The notes under the pieces: model-generated | Told to the model about the DNA's origin: nothing | What the model saw: the letters and a program-made list of their open reading frames with translations, nothing else | Databases searched by the model: none | Source of the DNA: a virus | Lineage: Duplodnaviria; Caudoviricetes | Direction: 5' to 3' (one strand) | DNA length: 57,205 nt | Virus record (IMG/VR): IMGVR_UViG_3300032309_001424 | Location: 1-57,205 of that record | Shown here: positions 1-10,257 of the stretch, piece by piece | Position numbering within the stretch: position 1 is the stretch's first letter | Layout of the letters: each line of letters opens with the position of its first letter | Program-made: the position numbers and the translations under genes

Positions 1-78
1 AAAGCGGTTCGTGCAGCTGCGGTATACTTTGATCCATCGATTCATTACACAGTACGACTAGCACTACCAACCACCTAA
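1..78 (+). CDS. 3' end of a truncated structural gene (possibly a capsid pentamer or other head protein)
   Basis: Frame 1 reads KAVRAAAVYFDPSIHYTVRLALPTT* with stop at 76-78, directly upstream of the tail tube gene. The product is inferred from position only. Confidence 0.4.
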   Translation, partial: KAVRAAAVYFDPSIHYTVRLALPTT

Positions 79-106
79 GCAAAAACAATAGAAGGAGAAC
101 ACTGGA

Positions 107-1153
107 ATGGCCACTCAAGAATACGCGGCTAGCGTCCAAGGTGTGTCGATCCGAGTCACCAGACTGGACGCCGCTGGCAACTTGCTCAATGGAGCAGGAG
201 ACAGCTACACAACCTCGGCGTTCCTCCGCACATCTTTTACACCTGAATATGAAGAGGGTGACGAAATTGTAGAGAAGTCAGCTGACGGCACCGTATGCGT
301 GTCATACAAAGCCCCTGACACTCTTAAGCGCATTACAATGGAACTCGCAATTTGCGAACCAGATACAGAACTTTCACAGCTAATCTCAGGCGGTTTGTTG
401 CTTCGTAAGAACTTCGGTTCTTTCGCATCACCAAACAACAAGTCTGTTGGTTGGGCTGCACCATCTGTTGGCGATGACCCAACAGGTAACGGCGTGGCGT
501 TAGAAGTTTGGTCATTTGCTGTTGCAGACGGACGTCGTGCAGCAACAAACCCATACTTCCACTGGGTATTCCCATATGTCAAGCTACGTCAATCAGGCGA
601 CCGTGTTATTGAAAACGGAATGCTTGCTACAACATTCGAAGGTTACGGCCTTGGAAACATTAACTTTGGTTCAGGTCTAGACGGCCGCTGGGAGTTCCCA
701 ATTGCATCTGAGCGTTCATACTCATATGCTCGTGCTTCATGGGCTCCAACAGGTCTAAAGGGCTTCTACCGCTGGTTTGGAGAGGCAACTAACACAATTA
801 CTAACAAGTCTCTTACATCAAATGTTGCTACTTTGACAACAGGAACCGCACACGGCTTCCTAACAGGTCAGAGCGTGACTGTAGCTGGCGTGGATAGCAC
901 CTTCAACGGTACTTACACAATCACTGCTACACCTACAACAACAACATTCCGTTATGCAAAGACAGCTACAGATGTTGCATCTGCAGCAGTTTCACCAACA
1001 GGTACAGTTCTTCGTAACTACGGATACCTAGCGGTTACAGACTTTGCATCACAAGGATCAACAACTGAGTTCAACGTTCCAGGTAACGAAGACTACAATG
1101 CAGATCTACCAATTGACTACATTGTTGCTTCAACTGAGGATCCAACAGCGTAA
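107..1153 (+). CDS. Major tail (tube) protein with a C-terminal FCCH-like beta module
   Basis: AAGGAG RBS; N-terminal SVQGVSIRVTRLD motif resembles actinophage tail tube proteins; followed by a terminator hairpin; extra module TLTTGTAHGFLTGQSVTVAGVDSTFNGTYTIT. Confidence 0.75.
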   Translation: MATQEYAASVQGVSIRVTRLDAAGNLLNGAGDSYTTSAFLRTSFTPEYEEGDEIVEKSADGTVCVSYKAPDTLKRITMELAICEPDTELSQLISGGLLLRKNFGSFASPNNKSVGWAAPSVGDDPTGNGVALEVWSFAVADGRRAATNPYFHWVFPYVKLRQSGDRVIENGMLATTFEGYGLGNINFGSGLDGRWEFPIASERSYSYARASWAPTGLKGFYRWFGEATNTITNKSLTSNVATLTTGTAHGFLTGQSVTVAGVDSTFNGTYTITATPTTTTFRYAKTATDVASAAVSPTGTVLRNYGYLAVTDFASQGSTTEFNVPGNEDYNADLPIDYIVASTEDPTA

Positions 1154-1165
1154 TTAAATAAGAGG

Positions 1166-1216
1166 AGGCGGGCAGCGTACCGATGGTATATACCGTTGAC
1201 ACGTTGCCCGCCTTTT
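1166..1216 (+). terminator. Intrinsic terminator or long hairpin after the major tail gene
   Basis: AGGCGGGCAGCGT pairs with ACGTTGCCCGCCT; inner stem CGATGGT/ACCGTTG; followed by a short T tract. Confidence 0.7.
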
Positions 1217-1238
1217 CTATTAGAGACGGGAGATAAGT

Positions 1239-2372
1239 ATGAGCAATCTATGGGTAACACCAGAAGAACTTGGCGACTATGCCGAATCTGATTATGCCTA
1301 CGATGCTGCAAAAACTGCTTCTTACCTTCTATGGGGAATGTCTGGCCGTAAATTTTCAGGGATTACAACTGTCACAGAACGTTATGTATCTTCATTCGAT
1401 CCATACTTAAGAACAGCTGGTTCAGACTTTAATTATGCTCCAGTGCTTGTAGATGGAAACGTAGAAAATGTTCCATATGTGGGATATGGATATGATAAAG
1501 ATTATCAAGGAGATGGAACAACATCTTCATCTCGTTTAAGACTCCGTGGTCGCAAGGTTGTAAAAGTCCACACCGTCAGAAACCTAGACGGAGAAATTGT
1601 TGACCCAAGTAAATACTATCTTGCTGACCATTCAACTCTTATCGGTGTTTCAGGGTCTAGTTGGTTCTCATCTCGTGTTGAGGTTACATATACCTATGGA
1701 AGTCCTCCACCAACGGCTGGGAGAGCCGCTGCCCGTGTTTTAGCTACAGAGCTAGTAAAACTATATGAAGGTGACGATACCTGCGCCCTGCCGCAACGTG
1801 TGACTTCTATATCTCGTCAAGGTGTTTCATATACTCTTCTTGACAGCCAAGATTTTATTGATGAACTTCGCACTGGCATCTATGCCATCGATCTTTTTCT
1901 CAAGACTGCTAACCCAGATAAAGCCCGTGCTCGTTCCCGTGTCTTTTCTCCAGATATGCCTCGTGCTCGCCGTATTACTGGCGCATCACCTCTTTACCCT
2001 CTTAGCGCAAACGATCTTTACGTTGGTGCAGATGGAACATCTAATATTTATTATTTCTCAGAGATTGCAGCCGAGTTCATCGATGGAGACAACGCTTGGA
2101 CAATCTTGACCAATGTTTCAGATATTAATAACAACACAACAACTGAAATCCCTAATGCTGCTGTAATTGATCGTGTAGAAAATACAATTAGAGTAAGCGC
2201 TACATTTACACAGATTAATTCTATTATAGGTCCTCGTGATCCAGGAGTCTTAGATCTTTACGCAGTTAGACCAAGCCTTGGAAATCCAGCAGTAAATGAA
2301 GTTGTTCACCTAGTCTCCAGTAACGTCATCGTTCAGCTGGGGGAAAGAACAGTTCCAATCTATACTGTGTAA
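1239..2372 (+). CDS. Head-to-tail adaptor
   Basis: Motifs ASYLLWGMSGRKF, VEVTYTYG, CALPQRVTSISRQGVS and TGIYAIDLFL resemble actinophage adaptors; GGAG RBS. Confidence 0.7.
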   Translation: MSNLWVTPEELGDYAESDYAYDAAKTASYLLWGMSGRKFSGITTVTERYVSSFDPYLRTAGSDFNYAPVLVDGNVENVPYVGYGYDKDYQGDGTTSSSRLRLRGRKVVKVHTVRNLDGEIVDPSKYYLADHSTLIGVSGSSWFSSRVEVTYTYGSPPPTAGRAAARVLATELVKLYEGDDTCALPQRVTSISRQGVSYTLLDSQDFIDELRTGIYAIDLFLKTANPDKARARSRVFSPDMPRARRITGASPLYPLSANDLYVGADGTSNIYYFSEIAAEFIDGDNAWTILTNVSDINNNTTTEIPNAAVIDRVENTIRVSATFTQINSIIGPRDPGVLDLYAVRPSLGNPAVNEVVHLVSSNVIVQLGERTVPIYTV

Positions 2373-2400
2373 TACGACAACCTAAAGACAAGAGGACACT

Positions 2401-2910
2401 ATGGCTACACCTATCAATACAGCGACTGTAGATGACGCAGCAAAGAATTTAGCTGCACTTATGCAAGGAGTTCTTGACTCCGTTATTAGTACATATGCAT
2501 CATACACAATGCCACTACCTGGTCGTAGATATTGGACTCTAGGAAACCCATCTGTTGATTGCGAGCAAGTTGTAGTTTCAATGCTACAGATGTATATCGG
2601 CTCTCCTGGTGATGAAGCAACAGAGCCTCGTCGTTGTAATGATCCACGCAGTGCCACTCTTCTTGTCTCTGTGTCTAGAGAAGTTCCTACAGTTTCTATG
2701 AATGGAAAAGCACCAGCAGCAGATGATATTCAAGCCTTTTCAGAGATTTCTGCGTATGATGCTTGGATTCTTTTAGATAGCTCACGAGCCCTAGATCAGT
2801 GGTCAACGGGTGGTTCTTTCGGCATGGGCGTTATTGCAACAGTTGAGACAGGTGCTCCTGAAGGCGGTTTTCAAACAGTCACTATGACTATAACTGTAGC
2901 GGTTCCATAA
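2401..2910 (+). CDS. Tail terminator or tail completion protein (putative)
   Basis: Size and position between adaptor and neck gene; C-terminal PEGG motif; GAGGA RBS. Confidence 0.5.
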   Translation: MATPINTATVDDAAKNLAALMQGVLDSVISTYASYTMPLPGRRYWTLGNPSVDCEQVVVSMLQMYIGSPGDEATEPRRCNDPRSATLLVSVSREVPTVSMNGKAPAADDIQAFSEISAYDAWILLDSSRALDQWSTGGSFGMGVIATVETGAPEGGFQTVTMTITVAVP

Positions 2911-3299
2911 TGGCAAGAGTAAAAATTAATTGGTTTGATGGTGAGTTAGACAAGCTACTTAACCAGAAAGACGGTGCGGTTGGAAAATATCTCACCAGAA
3001 AAGGAAATGAAATTCTTGTATCTGCTCGTGCTCGAGTAGGTGTGAGAACTGGTGCTCTTAGAGCATCGCTTCATATGAGGCATATGAAGGATCCAAGAGG
3101 ACAGCAAATCTGGATTGGGTCGAATCTTCATTATGCGCTAGCTCATCACGAAGGAACAAAGCCACATGTAATCGTACCTAAAAGCGGAAAAATGCTTAGG
3201 TTCGTTTCAAAAGGCAGGGTTGTTTATACACATGTTGTAAACCATCCGGGTACTAAAGCAAATAGATATCTAGCTGACGCTCTTAGAGACAAGCTATAA
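2910..3299 (+). CDS. HK97 gp10-like neck/tail component
   Basis: VRTGALRASL, YALAHHEGT and VNHPGTKANRYL motifs. Confidence 0.7.
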   Translation: MARVKINWFDGELDKLLNQKDGAVGKYLTRKGNEILVSARARVGVRTGALRASLHMRHMKDPRGQQIWIGSNLHYALAHHEGTKPHVIVPKSGKMLRFVSKGRVVYTHVVNHPGTKANRYLADALRDKL

Positions 3300-3354
3300 T
3301 TAAGTAACGATAAACTACGCAAGTGGTCCATCAATGACAGAAAAGGAATAATAG

Positions 3355-3705
3355 ATGACAACACGATTTAAAGATTTTGGAAGCGGCGAAAGTGTTAATA
3401 AAGAACCGCTCTCCTTTAAACTTTATGGTGAAGATTTTGAATGCTACTCAAGCATCCAAGGCAAGGTTCTTCTGGATATGGTTTCAGATGCTTCGTCTAA
3501 CGATGCAGAGGCAGCAGCAAAAACAATCACTAACTTCTTCTCACACGCTCTAAAGCCAGAAAGCTACAAGCGTTTTGAAGCTCTTATCGAAGACCCTGAA
3601 AAGATCGTCAATGTTGAAACATTAGGCGAAATTACAGGATGGCTCACAGAACAGTACTCAGGCCGTCCTCAACAGGGGCCAGAGCAATCGCAGAGTGGGC
3701 AATAG
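3355..3705 (+). CDS. Tail assembly chaperone (G-like)
   Basis: First of two overlapping ORFs immediately before the tape measure gene; AAAGGA RBS; ends WLTEQYSGRP. Confidence 0.7.
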   Translation: MTTRFKDFGSGESVNKEPLSFKLYGEDFECYSSIQGKVLLDMVSDASSNDAEAAAKTITNFFSHALKPESYKRFEALIEDPEKIVNVETLGEITGWLTEQYSGRPQQGPEQSQSGQ

Positions 3706-4085
3706 ACCTCTGGCCTTATGTAAATGGAAAAGCTCTAGTGAACGGACTTCAGTTGGCTTCTATGGAAGTAGATGACATGTTAGATGTCCTCCATTATTTT
3801 ATGGAGGAAGACTTTAACGTCTCTTCTAACGAACAGGCTGAAGCTCGTGAAAAAGCTAGAACTATTCTTTATAAGAGTCTTTATAACAAAAATTATAGAT
3901 TCTCTAAAAATAAAAATACATTTTCTACTGTAGATGCTAGCGGACAAACTAGTAACTTTGAAGAAGAACTTGTTCCAGTAGATCCTACAGCAGGACCTAC
4001 GAAGTCCTATGTCCCACCTACGGACTTCAACCCAGAATCATTTAAACCGTTCGGAGACGTACTAGACGCTCCGCTAGAGCTCTAA
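3639..4085 (+). CDS. Tail assembly chaperone T part (probably expressed via -1 frameshift)
   Basis: Overlaps the previous ORF in the -1 frame and lies just upstream of the tape measure gene. Confidence 0.6.
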   Translation: MAHRTVLRPSSTGARAIAEWAIDLWPYVNGKALVNGLQLASMEVDDMLDVLHYFMEEDFNVSSNEQAEAREKARTILYKSLYNKNYRFSKNKNTFSTVDASGQTSNFEEELVPVDPTAGPTKSYVPPTDFNPESFKPFGDVLDAPLEL

Positions 4086-4104
4086 TCATTGGAGGTGATG
4101 GCTT

Positions 4105-7100
4105 GTGGCAGTAGTTGGTAGTGCAGAGATAATTGTCCGTGCCATCACCACTGGTGTAAAAAGCGACATCGAAAAAGCATTTAATAGCTCTGACACAATT
4201 GCAGAACGTGCTGGAGCAAATGCTGGTAGCAGCTTTTCTAGAGGTTTTCGTAAAGGTGGAGGAGATCCTGCCTTTCTGTTCGGTAAAAGTATTAGCGAGG
4301 GCGATTTAAATAGATTTACAGAGGCAAGAAAAAGATTTATGTCTCTGGTCAGAGCTGGCTATGTTCTAGCTCCAGCTATCACTGCTGTTGGTGGCGCTAT
4401 TGGTGCTCTTGTTGGTGGCTTGGGAACGATTATCTCTCTTACAGCAGCAGCAACACCTGCCTTATTAGGTTTGTCTGGTGCTTTTTTAGCGGTAGGTGCT
4501 GCCGCTGCGGTTCTCAAAGCAACATTTGGTGGCGTCGGGGAGGCTATTAAGGCTGGTGCAAAAGTATCTGCAAGTGGTGCAGATAATGCAGAAGCTCTTG
4601 CTCGTGCTAATGAAAGACTTGCAGATGCCTATTACAACTTAGATGAAGTAGCAAGAGAAAATGCAAAGAGAAAAGCAGATGCAGTCGAAGCTGAATCTGA
4701 TGCAGCAACCTCTGTTGCAGATGCAGCAATTGCCGTAGAGCGTGCAGAGCGTTCATATCAAGGAGCTGTTAAGAACACAGAAAAAGCACTTGAGGACGTC
4801 ACAAAGGCTCGTGAAGAGGCAAAAGAAGCAATCCAGCAACTTCGCTTTGAACTTGAAGGCGGAGTTATCTCTGAAAAGAAAGCACGCCTTGAGTTTGAGA
4901 AAGCTCGTGAGTCTCTACAGCGTGTTCAAGACCTTCCACCTAACTCTCGTGCTCGCCGTGAGGCCGAGCTTGCATTTGCCGAAGCTGATCTCAACTTGCG
5001 AAAAGCAATTGACAAAAATGGAGATCTTCGTAAGGAAAATGCAAGAGCAAATAAAGAGGGTGTTGATGGTAATCAAAGAGTTGTTGATGCTCAAAATGCA
5101 TTAGTAGCTGCGAAACAAGATGAGTCCGATGCTCAGATAGACGCTGCACGGTCTGTTATCTCTTATAGAGAAGCCCTAGAAGAGCTTAAAGCAGCTCAGG
5201 ATGCACTTATTAAGGGTGGGGAAGTTGATCGTCAAAATGCTCGTGCTTTAGAGCTTGCATACAGAGAACTTGCTGCTGCAAAAAGAGCTGTTGCAGATGC
5301 AGAAAAAGGGCTTGGGTCAAACGAATTTCAAGTTGCTCTAGATAAACTATCCCCTGCTGCACAAGACTTTGTTAAATATATTCTTAGCTTAAAAGAGGCT
5401 TTTGAAGAATTAAGAATGAAACTTCAGGAAGCGTTTTTTCCTAAGTTTACGGAAGCAGTTAAGCTTCTTGTTGAGACGTATCTTCCACTACTAGAAGAAG
5501 ATTTAATTAATATTGCTGCAAAACTTGGAGAGCTGTCTCTTTTATTTGCAGAAGCATTTACTACCCCTAAAAAGGTAGAAGAAATTAAAATAATTTTTGA
5601 GTCTTTCACTCCTATTATTGATGCTTTAGGTAGAGCATTTATAGATCTTGCTTCAGCTTTTGTGACATTACAAGCAGCATTCACTCCTTACACAATTGAG
5701 TTTGCACAGTTTATTCAGAAAAAAGCAGAAGCTTTTAGAAAGACCGTGGAACTTAAAGAAGCTACTGGCGAGCTTAATGAAATCTTTAAAACAGCAACAG
5801 GAATTGTAAGAGATCTTAGTGCGGCATTTGGAAACACGTTTAGCGCTCTAGGAACAATTATTGCTGCATCTGTTGGTCCGGGAAGTGGTGGACAGTATTT
5901 CCTAGATTGGCTAAAACAAGTAACTGCCATGTGGGAGACAACCACAAAAGCTCTTAGCGAGACAGGAGAGCTTCAGACAACAATACTAAATCTGACTAAA
6001 AACTTTACAATCCTTCTTGACATTATTGGTCTTATTGCAATAGGTTTAATTCAAATTGGCGCAAGTGAGGGTATGACTCAGTTCTTAGAGTCCATAAAGA
6101 AAGTCGTTATTGAATTTAACAAGATTGGCGAGTCTCTTAGTGGTAAAGATGGAGCCTTAGCCTCTCTTGGAAAGTTTCTTGAAGAGTTTGCAAAAACTAT
6201 AGGAATCTTTACTGACTCTGGCGCAATTACAATATTTTTCACTACATTAACAAATATTCTTAAAGTGTTAAATACTGTATTAAGCACAGAACTAGGGCAA
6301 GCTCTACTGATAGTGACTGGATCTATTCTTGCTTTTAATGCTGCAATTGGCCTTTCTAAAATAGCTCTTGGATTCTATGTTGACTCTCTAAAAAGTGCAA
6401 TGTTGGCCTTAGTTAATTTCGGTGTAATGGGCCTAGCTCCACTAAAGAATTTACCTATTATAGGTGGAATGGTAACTAAATTTAGTCAAGAGCTTTCAAT
6501 GTTGACTTATGGCGCTGGAATGGTTAGTACTCCATTTTTAGTTCTAGTAGGTGCTATTGCTGCCGTTATTGCAATTCTTGTTCTTGCATACAATAAAAGC
6601 GAAATTTTTAGAAAAGCTCTTCAAGATCTTGTAGATGGTGTTTTAAAAGCTTTAAAGGATGCTTTTAAAACTATTGGAGATGCTCTTGAAGAAGTATTCC
6701 CTCAAATTAATAAGTTTGGTGACTTCTTTAAAGAGATTGGTGACTTCATAGGTAAGTATGTAGTTCCCGTATTTGAAGTAATTCTTGTGGGTGCTATAAA
6801 TACTTTAGCTGACGTAATTGCTGGATTTATAAAGATAGCTGGTGGAATATTTAAGTTATTTACTGATCCTGTAGAAGGAGTTAAGTTAATCCTTAGTGGG
6901 TTTGTTTCGTTCTTGAAGGCAAGCATTATTAATCCAATTGTTGCTGCATTTAAAATTGGCAATATTTGGGGATTTTTATCTGATGGATTTAAAGAGACAA
7001 TCAATAAAATGATTGACTGGTGGAATAGATTTGAACTAACGTTAAGTATCCCGTCAAATGTTTTAACTAAGGCTCTTGGCATTGCTGGTAAAGGATTTAC

Positions 7101-7383
7101 AATAACCACTCCTAATATTCCAAGACTTGCGTTAGGTGGAATTGTTCCAGCAACAAACAATGGAACTCTTGCAATGATTGGTGAAGCTGGTCGCCCAGAG
7201 CGTGTAGAGCCTCTTGATCCAGACGGACTATCGAAGCGTGACAAGGCTATGATTGACTATATGTCAGCTGGCGCTGGTGGAATCAACATCACTGTAAACC
7301 CATCTCCCGGTATGGACGAGCGTGAGCTTGCAAATCTTGTATCCCGTCAACTTGCATTCCAAATGCGTAAAGGTGCTGCATAA
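4105..7383 (+). CDS. Tape measure protein
   Basis: 1092 aa, Ala-rich helical/coiled-coil with hydrophobic segments; GGAGG RBS and GTG start; C-terminal IPRLALGG...IGEAGRPERVEPL. Confidence 0.9.
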   Translation: MAVVGSAEIIVRAITTGVKSDIEKAFNSSDTIAERAGANAGSSFSRGFRKGGGDPAFLFGKSISEGDLNRFTEARKRFMSLVRAGYVLAPAITAVGGAIGALVGGLGTIISLTAAATPALLGLSGAFLAVGAAAAVLKATFGGVGEAIKAGAKVSASGADNAEALARANERLADAYYNLDEVARENAKRKADAVEAESDAATSVADAAIAVERAERSYQGAVKNTEKALEDVTKAREEAKEAIQQLRFELEGGVISEKKARLEFEKARESLQRVQDLPPNSRARREAELAFAEADLNLRKAIDKNGDLRKENARANKEGVDGNQRVVDAQNALVAAKQDESDAQIDAARSVISYREALEELKAAQDALIKGGEVDRQNARALELAYRELAAAKRAVADAEKGLGSNEFQVALDKLSPAAQDFVKYILSLKEAFEELRMKLQEAFFPKFTEAVKLLVETYLPLLEEDLINIAAKLGELSLLFAEAFTTPKKVEEIKIIFESFTPIIDALGRAFIDLASAFVTLQAAFTPYTIEFAQFIQKKAEAFRKTVELKEATGELNEIFKTATGIVRDLSAAFGNTFSALGTIIAASVGPGSGGQYFLDWLKQVTAMWETTTKALSETGELQTTILNLTKNFTILLDIIGLIAIGLIQIGASEGMTQFLESIKKVVIEFNKIGESLSGKDGALASLGKFLEEFAKTIGIFTDSGAITIFFTTLTNILKVLNTVLSTELGQALLIVTGSILAFNAAIGLSKIALGFYVDSLKSAMLALVNFGVMGLAPLKNLPIIGGMVTKFSQELSMLTYGAGMVSTPFLVLVGAIAAVIAILVLAYNKSEIFRKALQDLVDGVLKALKDAFKTIGDALEEVFPQINKFGDFFKEIGDFIGKYVVPVFEVILVGAINTLADVIAGFIKIAGGIFKLFTDPVEGVKLILSGFVSFLKASIINPIVAAFKIGNIWGFLSDGFKETINKMIDWWNRFELTLSIPSNVLTKALGIAGKGFTITTPNIPRLALGGIVPATNNGTLAMIGEAGRPERVEPLDPDGLSKRDKAMIDYMSAGAGGINITVNPSPGMDERELANLVSRQLAFQMRKGAA

Positions 7384-10241
7384 TGAGCGAAATCTATAAC
7401 CAAGCACAGGAAAACTTTTTTGTAGATCGTGGTCTAACTCCACTTCCTCAGCCGCACCTAACTGGTATGAAGCTCAGGGCAGATATTGTCCTTGGCGATT
7501 TTGTATTTAATACTATTGACGAATATGGCGTTACTTGGGTTATTACTGATATTGAAGGTTGGTGGAGTCATCCAGAGCCAGATATGCCAGATATTCCTCG
7601 TGGTTTTGGTGATGGTTCTTATGATGTTAAAGGTAGATACCAAGCTCGTATGATTACTCTAACTGGGTCTTTTTTAACTCCAACCCCAGACCTTGTTGAG
7701 GCTGCTCGTGACAGACTTATTATTGCAACAGATCTTGTTTATAAAGGTGCATGGTTAAAAACAGGTACTGATGGAAAGCGTGCATCTTTTGTTAGATTAA
7801 GTGGCGCACCTCAGATACAAACAGTTACTGCCCGTGGTCGTACAGATTTTTCTATTGGTTTAAAAGCAGCTGATCCAATTAAATACTCATGGAATGATCA
7901 AGAACCTTCTGGATATAACATTATTGAAATTCCAGCAAGAAATAGAACATCTGGATCAACAGGAATTGAAACTATAGTAAACAGCGGAACTGTTGCGGTA
8001 CCTGTTCAGCTTGAAATACAAGGTCCAATCATAGCTCCAGCGTATATTGTGACCAACAAAGATACTGCAACACAAAAACTTCTTGCAGTTGTCTCTGGTC
8101 TTAGAGGACGTCTTACATCCTCTGTTGTTAATAAAGAACTTTCTTTTAGCGAAAGTCAGCTAGTAGATATATTAACACTGACAACAAGAGCGGCGCACGG
8201 TTTGCTGGTTGGAGATATAGTAGAGATTAGCGGTCTATCTGAGTCTTACTTAAATGGTGAGTTTGAGGTATACGCTGTAAATACAGAAACTACAGTTCAA
8301 TTTTTAATTAACGATCCAAGTGCTGCTTCCATACAAAGCATAGTGTCTAAAAAACTTCTTGACGGAGTAGCCACAATAGAAACAAACTCAAACCATGGAT
8401 TTGAAGTAGGTAACTCTATTTTTATTGCAGATGTTGATTCTGTATTTAACGGAACTTACTCTATAACAGCAAAAACAAATACAACTTTTAGTTACGCAAA
8501 ATCAAGAGGAGTAGCTCAGACAGTAATCGGTAAGAGATTAAACAACAACATTGCAACTCTTAGCACTAGCGTAGCTCACGGGTTTATTGTTGGAGATATA
8601 GTTACAGTGTCTATATCTGATATAAACTATGACGGAGAGTTTCAGATAACAAGCATATCTTCTTCAGGCGATGAGTTTTCTTACTCTAGTACAAGAACAA
8701 ATACAAAAACTACTACAACAAAAAGTATGTCAAATGATGTTGCAACAATAACATCTACAAATCCTCACGGATTAATTATTAAAGACTCTGTCACTATCTC
8801 TGGAATTGACTCGACCTTTGATGGTACAAGAACAGTTGAATCTATACCAACACCTACAACTTTTACATATAACTTAACTAGAGAAACAGAAGTAGCTTTA
8901 GCAACAAGACAACGTTTTTCTGGTGTTGCAACGTTTATTACTGGATCTACTTCACCTGGAACTGAAGCACCTTCCCACGGGCTGCTTGTAGGTGAAGAAG
9001 TAACTATTAAAGGTAGCGTTGGTAATGCAACATATCCTACTTCTGGAATTGTAACCTCTACACCTAACTTAAATACTTTTACTATTGCAAACCCAGCGCA
9101 ACCCGACGAAGGTGCAATAAATATTACTGTAGCGCCAACTCCTACAGTTTTTGCAAGTAAAAAATATCTTACAAGCAAACAGCTTATTGGTGGCACAGTT
9201 ACTGTGTTTACACCTACGTCTCATGGTTTTTTTGTTGGAGAGCAGGTAATAATTTCTGGTCTTGGATCCCCCTATGATGGAACTTTTACTATATCTGCAG
9301 TTCCTTTTGCAAATGCACTTAGCTATATCCAAGCTGGTTCTAATGCTACATTATCGAATGCAGGTGCTGTTGTATCAACACGAGGTAGAGCAGGTTCTAG
9401 CGTCACTATAGTCACATCTACTCCTCATAATTTTGCAAATAATCAGTATGTGACTATATCTAATATGGACTCTGCAGCAGCAACATTAAATGGTACATAT
9501 GTAGTGACTGTTATTAGTCCAACAGTTTTTAAATATACAACAACAACATCTACAAACGTTGGCACCGTTGCTGGTACAGCTACAGTTCTTACAAGAGAAA
9601 GAGTAGGAACTCTTGCTACGGTTGTTACAGCTGCTCCTCACGGGCTATCAAATGGTGCATCTATATCAGTTTCTGGAATGGATTCAAACGCATCGTCGTT
9701 GAATGGGACATATACAATAACTGTAGTAAATAGCACAACTATTACATACACAACAGCAACTACAGGAAATATAGCTACCGAAAATGTAAATGCTGGATCT
9801 GGAGGAATTGTTATTCAGGGTGCTTTTGCTCGTGTAACTAGATCTATCGCATCTACTCCTGACAATGGGTTTTTTACTGCTATTGGATCTATTCCCTTTG
9901 CAGAGGCATCTGGAACGGCTTCGGTATCCGATGATATTCTTGCAGAAGATGGTGGAGCTATTAGCTCTAATGGTGTTGCAGTCAAAAAGAATAATATACC
10001 TTTTACTCCCGGACTTACTGGTACAAGCATAGATTTTGGCCCAGATATCTTAGAAATTGATACATTAAGTAAAGATGTTAGCTTAAATGGTGCAACATCT
10101 GGTGGACGAGCAAAACTTGATGTCTTTACTGATTTCTTTTTCTTAGAGACTGGTTCTAATACTATAGAGTTTTATGACTCGTCAGATTCTGCGAGTAATT
10201 CTCTTCTTAAGTTATACTATCGATCTGGCTGGCTAGGCTAA
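7383..10241 (+). CDS. Distal tail protein (Dit-like) with eight FCCH-like repeat modules
   Basis: First gene after tape measure; Dit-like N-terminus (ITDIEGWW, ARMITLTG, LKAADPIKYS) and C-terminus (FFFLETGSNTI...YRSGWLG) flanking eight T-x-x-x-H-G/N repeats. Confidence 0.7.
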   Translation: MSEIYNQAQENFFVDRGLTPLPQPHLTGMKLRADIVLGDFVFNTIDEYGVTWVITDIEGWWSHPEPDMPDIPRGFGDGSYDVKGRYQARMITLTGSFLTPTPDLVEAARDRLIIATDLVYKGAWLKTGTDGKRASFVRLSGAPQIQTVTARGRTDFSIGLKAADPIKYSWNDQEPSGYNIIEIPARNRTSGSTGIETIVNSGTVAVPVQLEIQGPIIAPAYIVTNKDTATQKLLAVVSGLRGRLTSSVVNKELSFSESQLVDILTLTTRAAHGLLVGDIVEISGLSESYLNGEFEVYAVNTETTVQFLINDPSAASIQSIVSKKLLDGVATIETNSNHGFEVGNSIFIADVDSVFNGTYSITAKTNTTFSYAKSRGVAQTVIGKRLNNNIATLSTSVAHGFIVGDIVTVSISDINYDGEFQITSISSSGDEFSYSSTRTNTKTTTTKSMSNDVATITSTNPHGLIIKDSVTISGIDSTFDGTRTVESIPTPTTFTYNLTRETEVALATRQRFSGVATFITGSTSPGTEAPSHGLLVGEEVTIKGSVGNATYPTSGIVTSTPNLNTFTIANPAQPDEGAINITVAPTPTVFASKKYLTSKQLIGGTVTVFTPTSHGFFVGEQVIISGLGSPYDGTFTISAVPFANALSYIQAGSNATLSNAGAVVSTRGRAGSSVTIVTSTPHNFANNQYVTISNMDSAAATLNGTYVVTVISPTVFKYTTTTSTNVGTVAGTATVLTRERVGTLATVVTAAPHGLSNGASISVSGMDSNASSLNGTYTITVVNSTTITYTTATTGNIATENVNAGSGGIVIQGAFARVTRSIASTPDNGFFTAIGSIPFAEASGTASVSDDILAEDGGAISSNGVAVKKNNIPFTPGLTGTSIDFGPDILEIDTLSKDVSLNGATSGGRAKLDVFTDFFFLETGSNTIEFYDSSDSASNSLLKLYYRSGWLG

Positions 10242-10257
10242 ACAAAGGACGCACTAA

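Noticed and set aside
205-10030. Short minus-strand ORFs within the structural genes
   Set aside because: They are antisense to well-supported genes and have no recognisable motifs.
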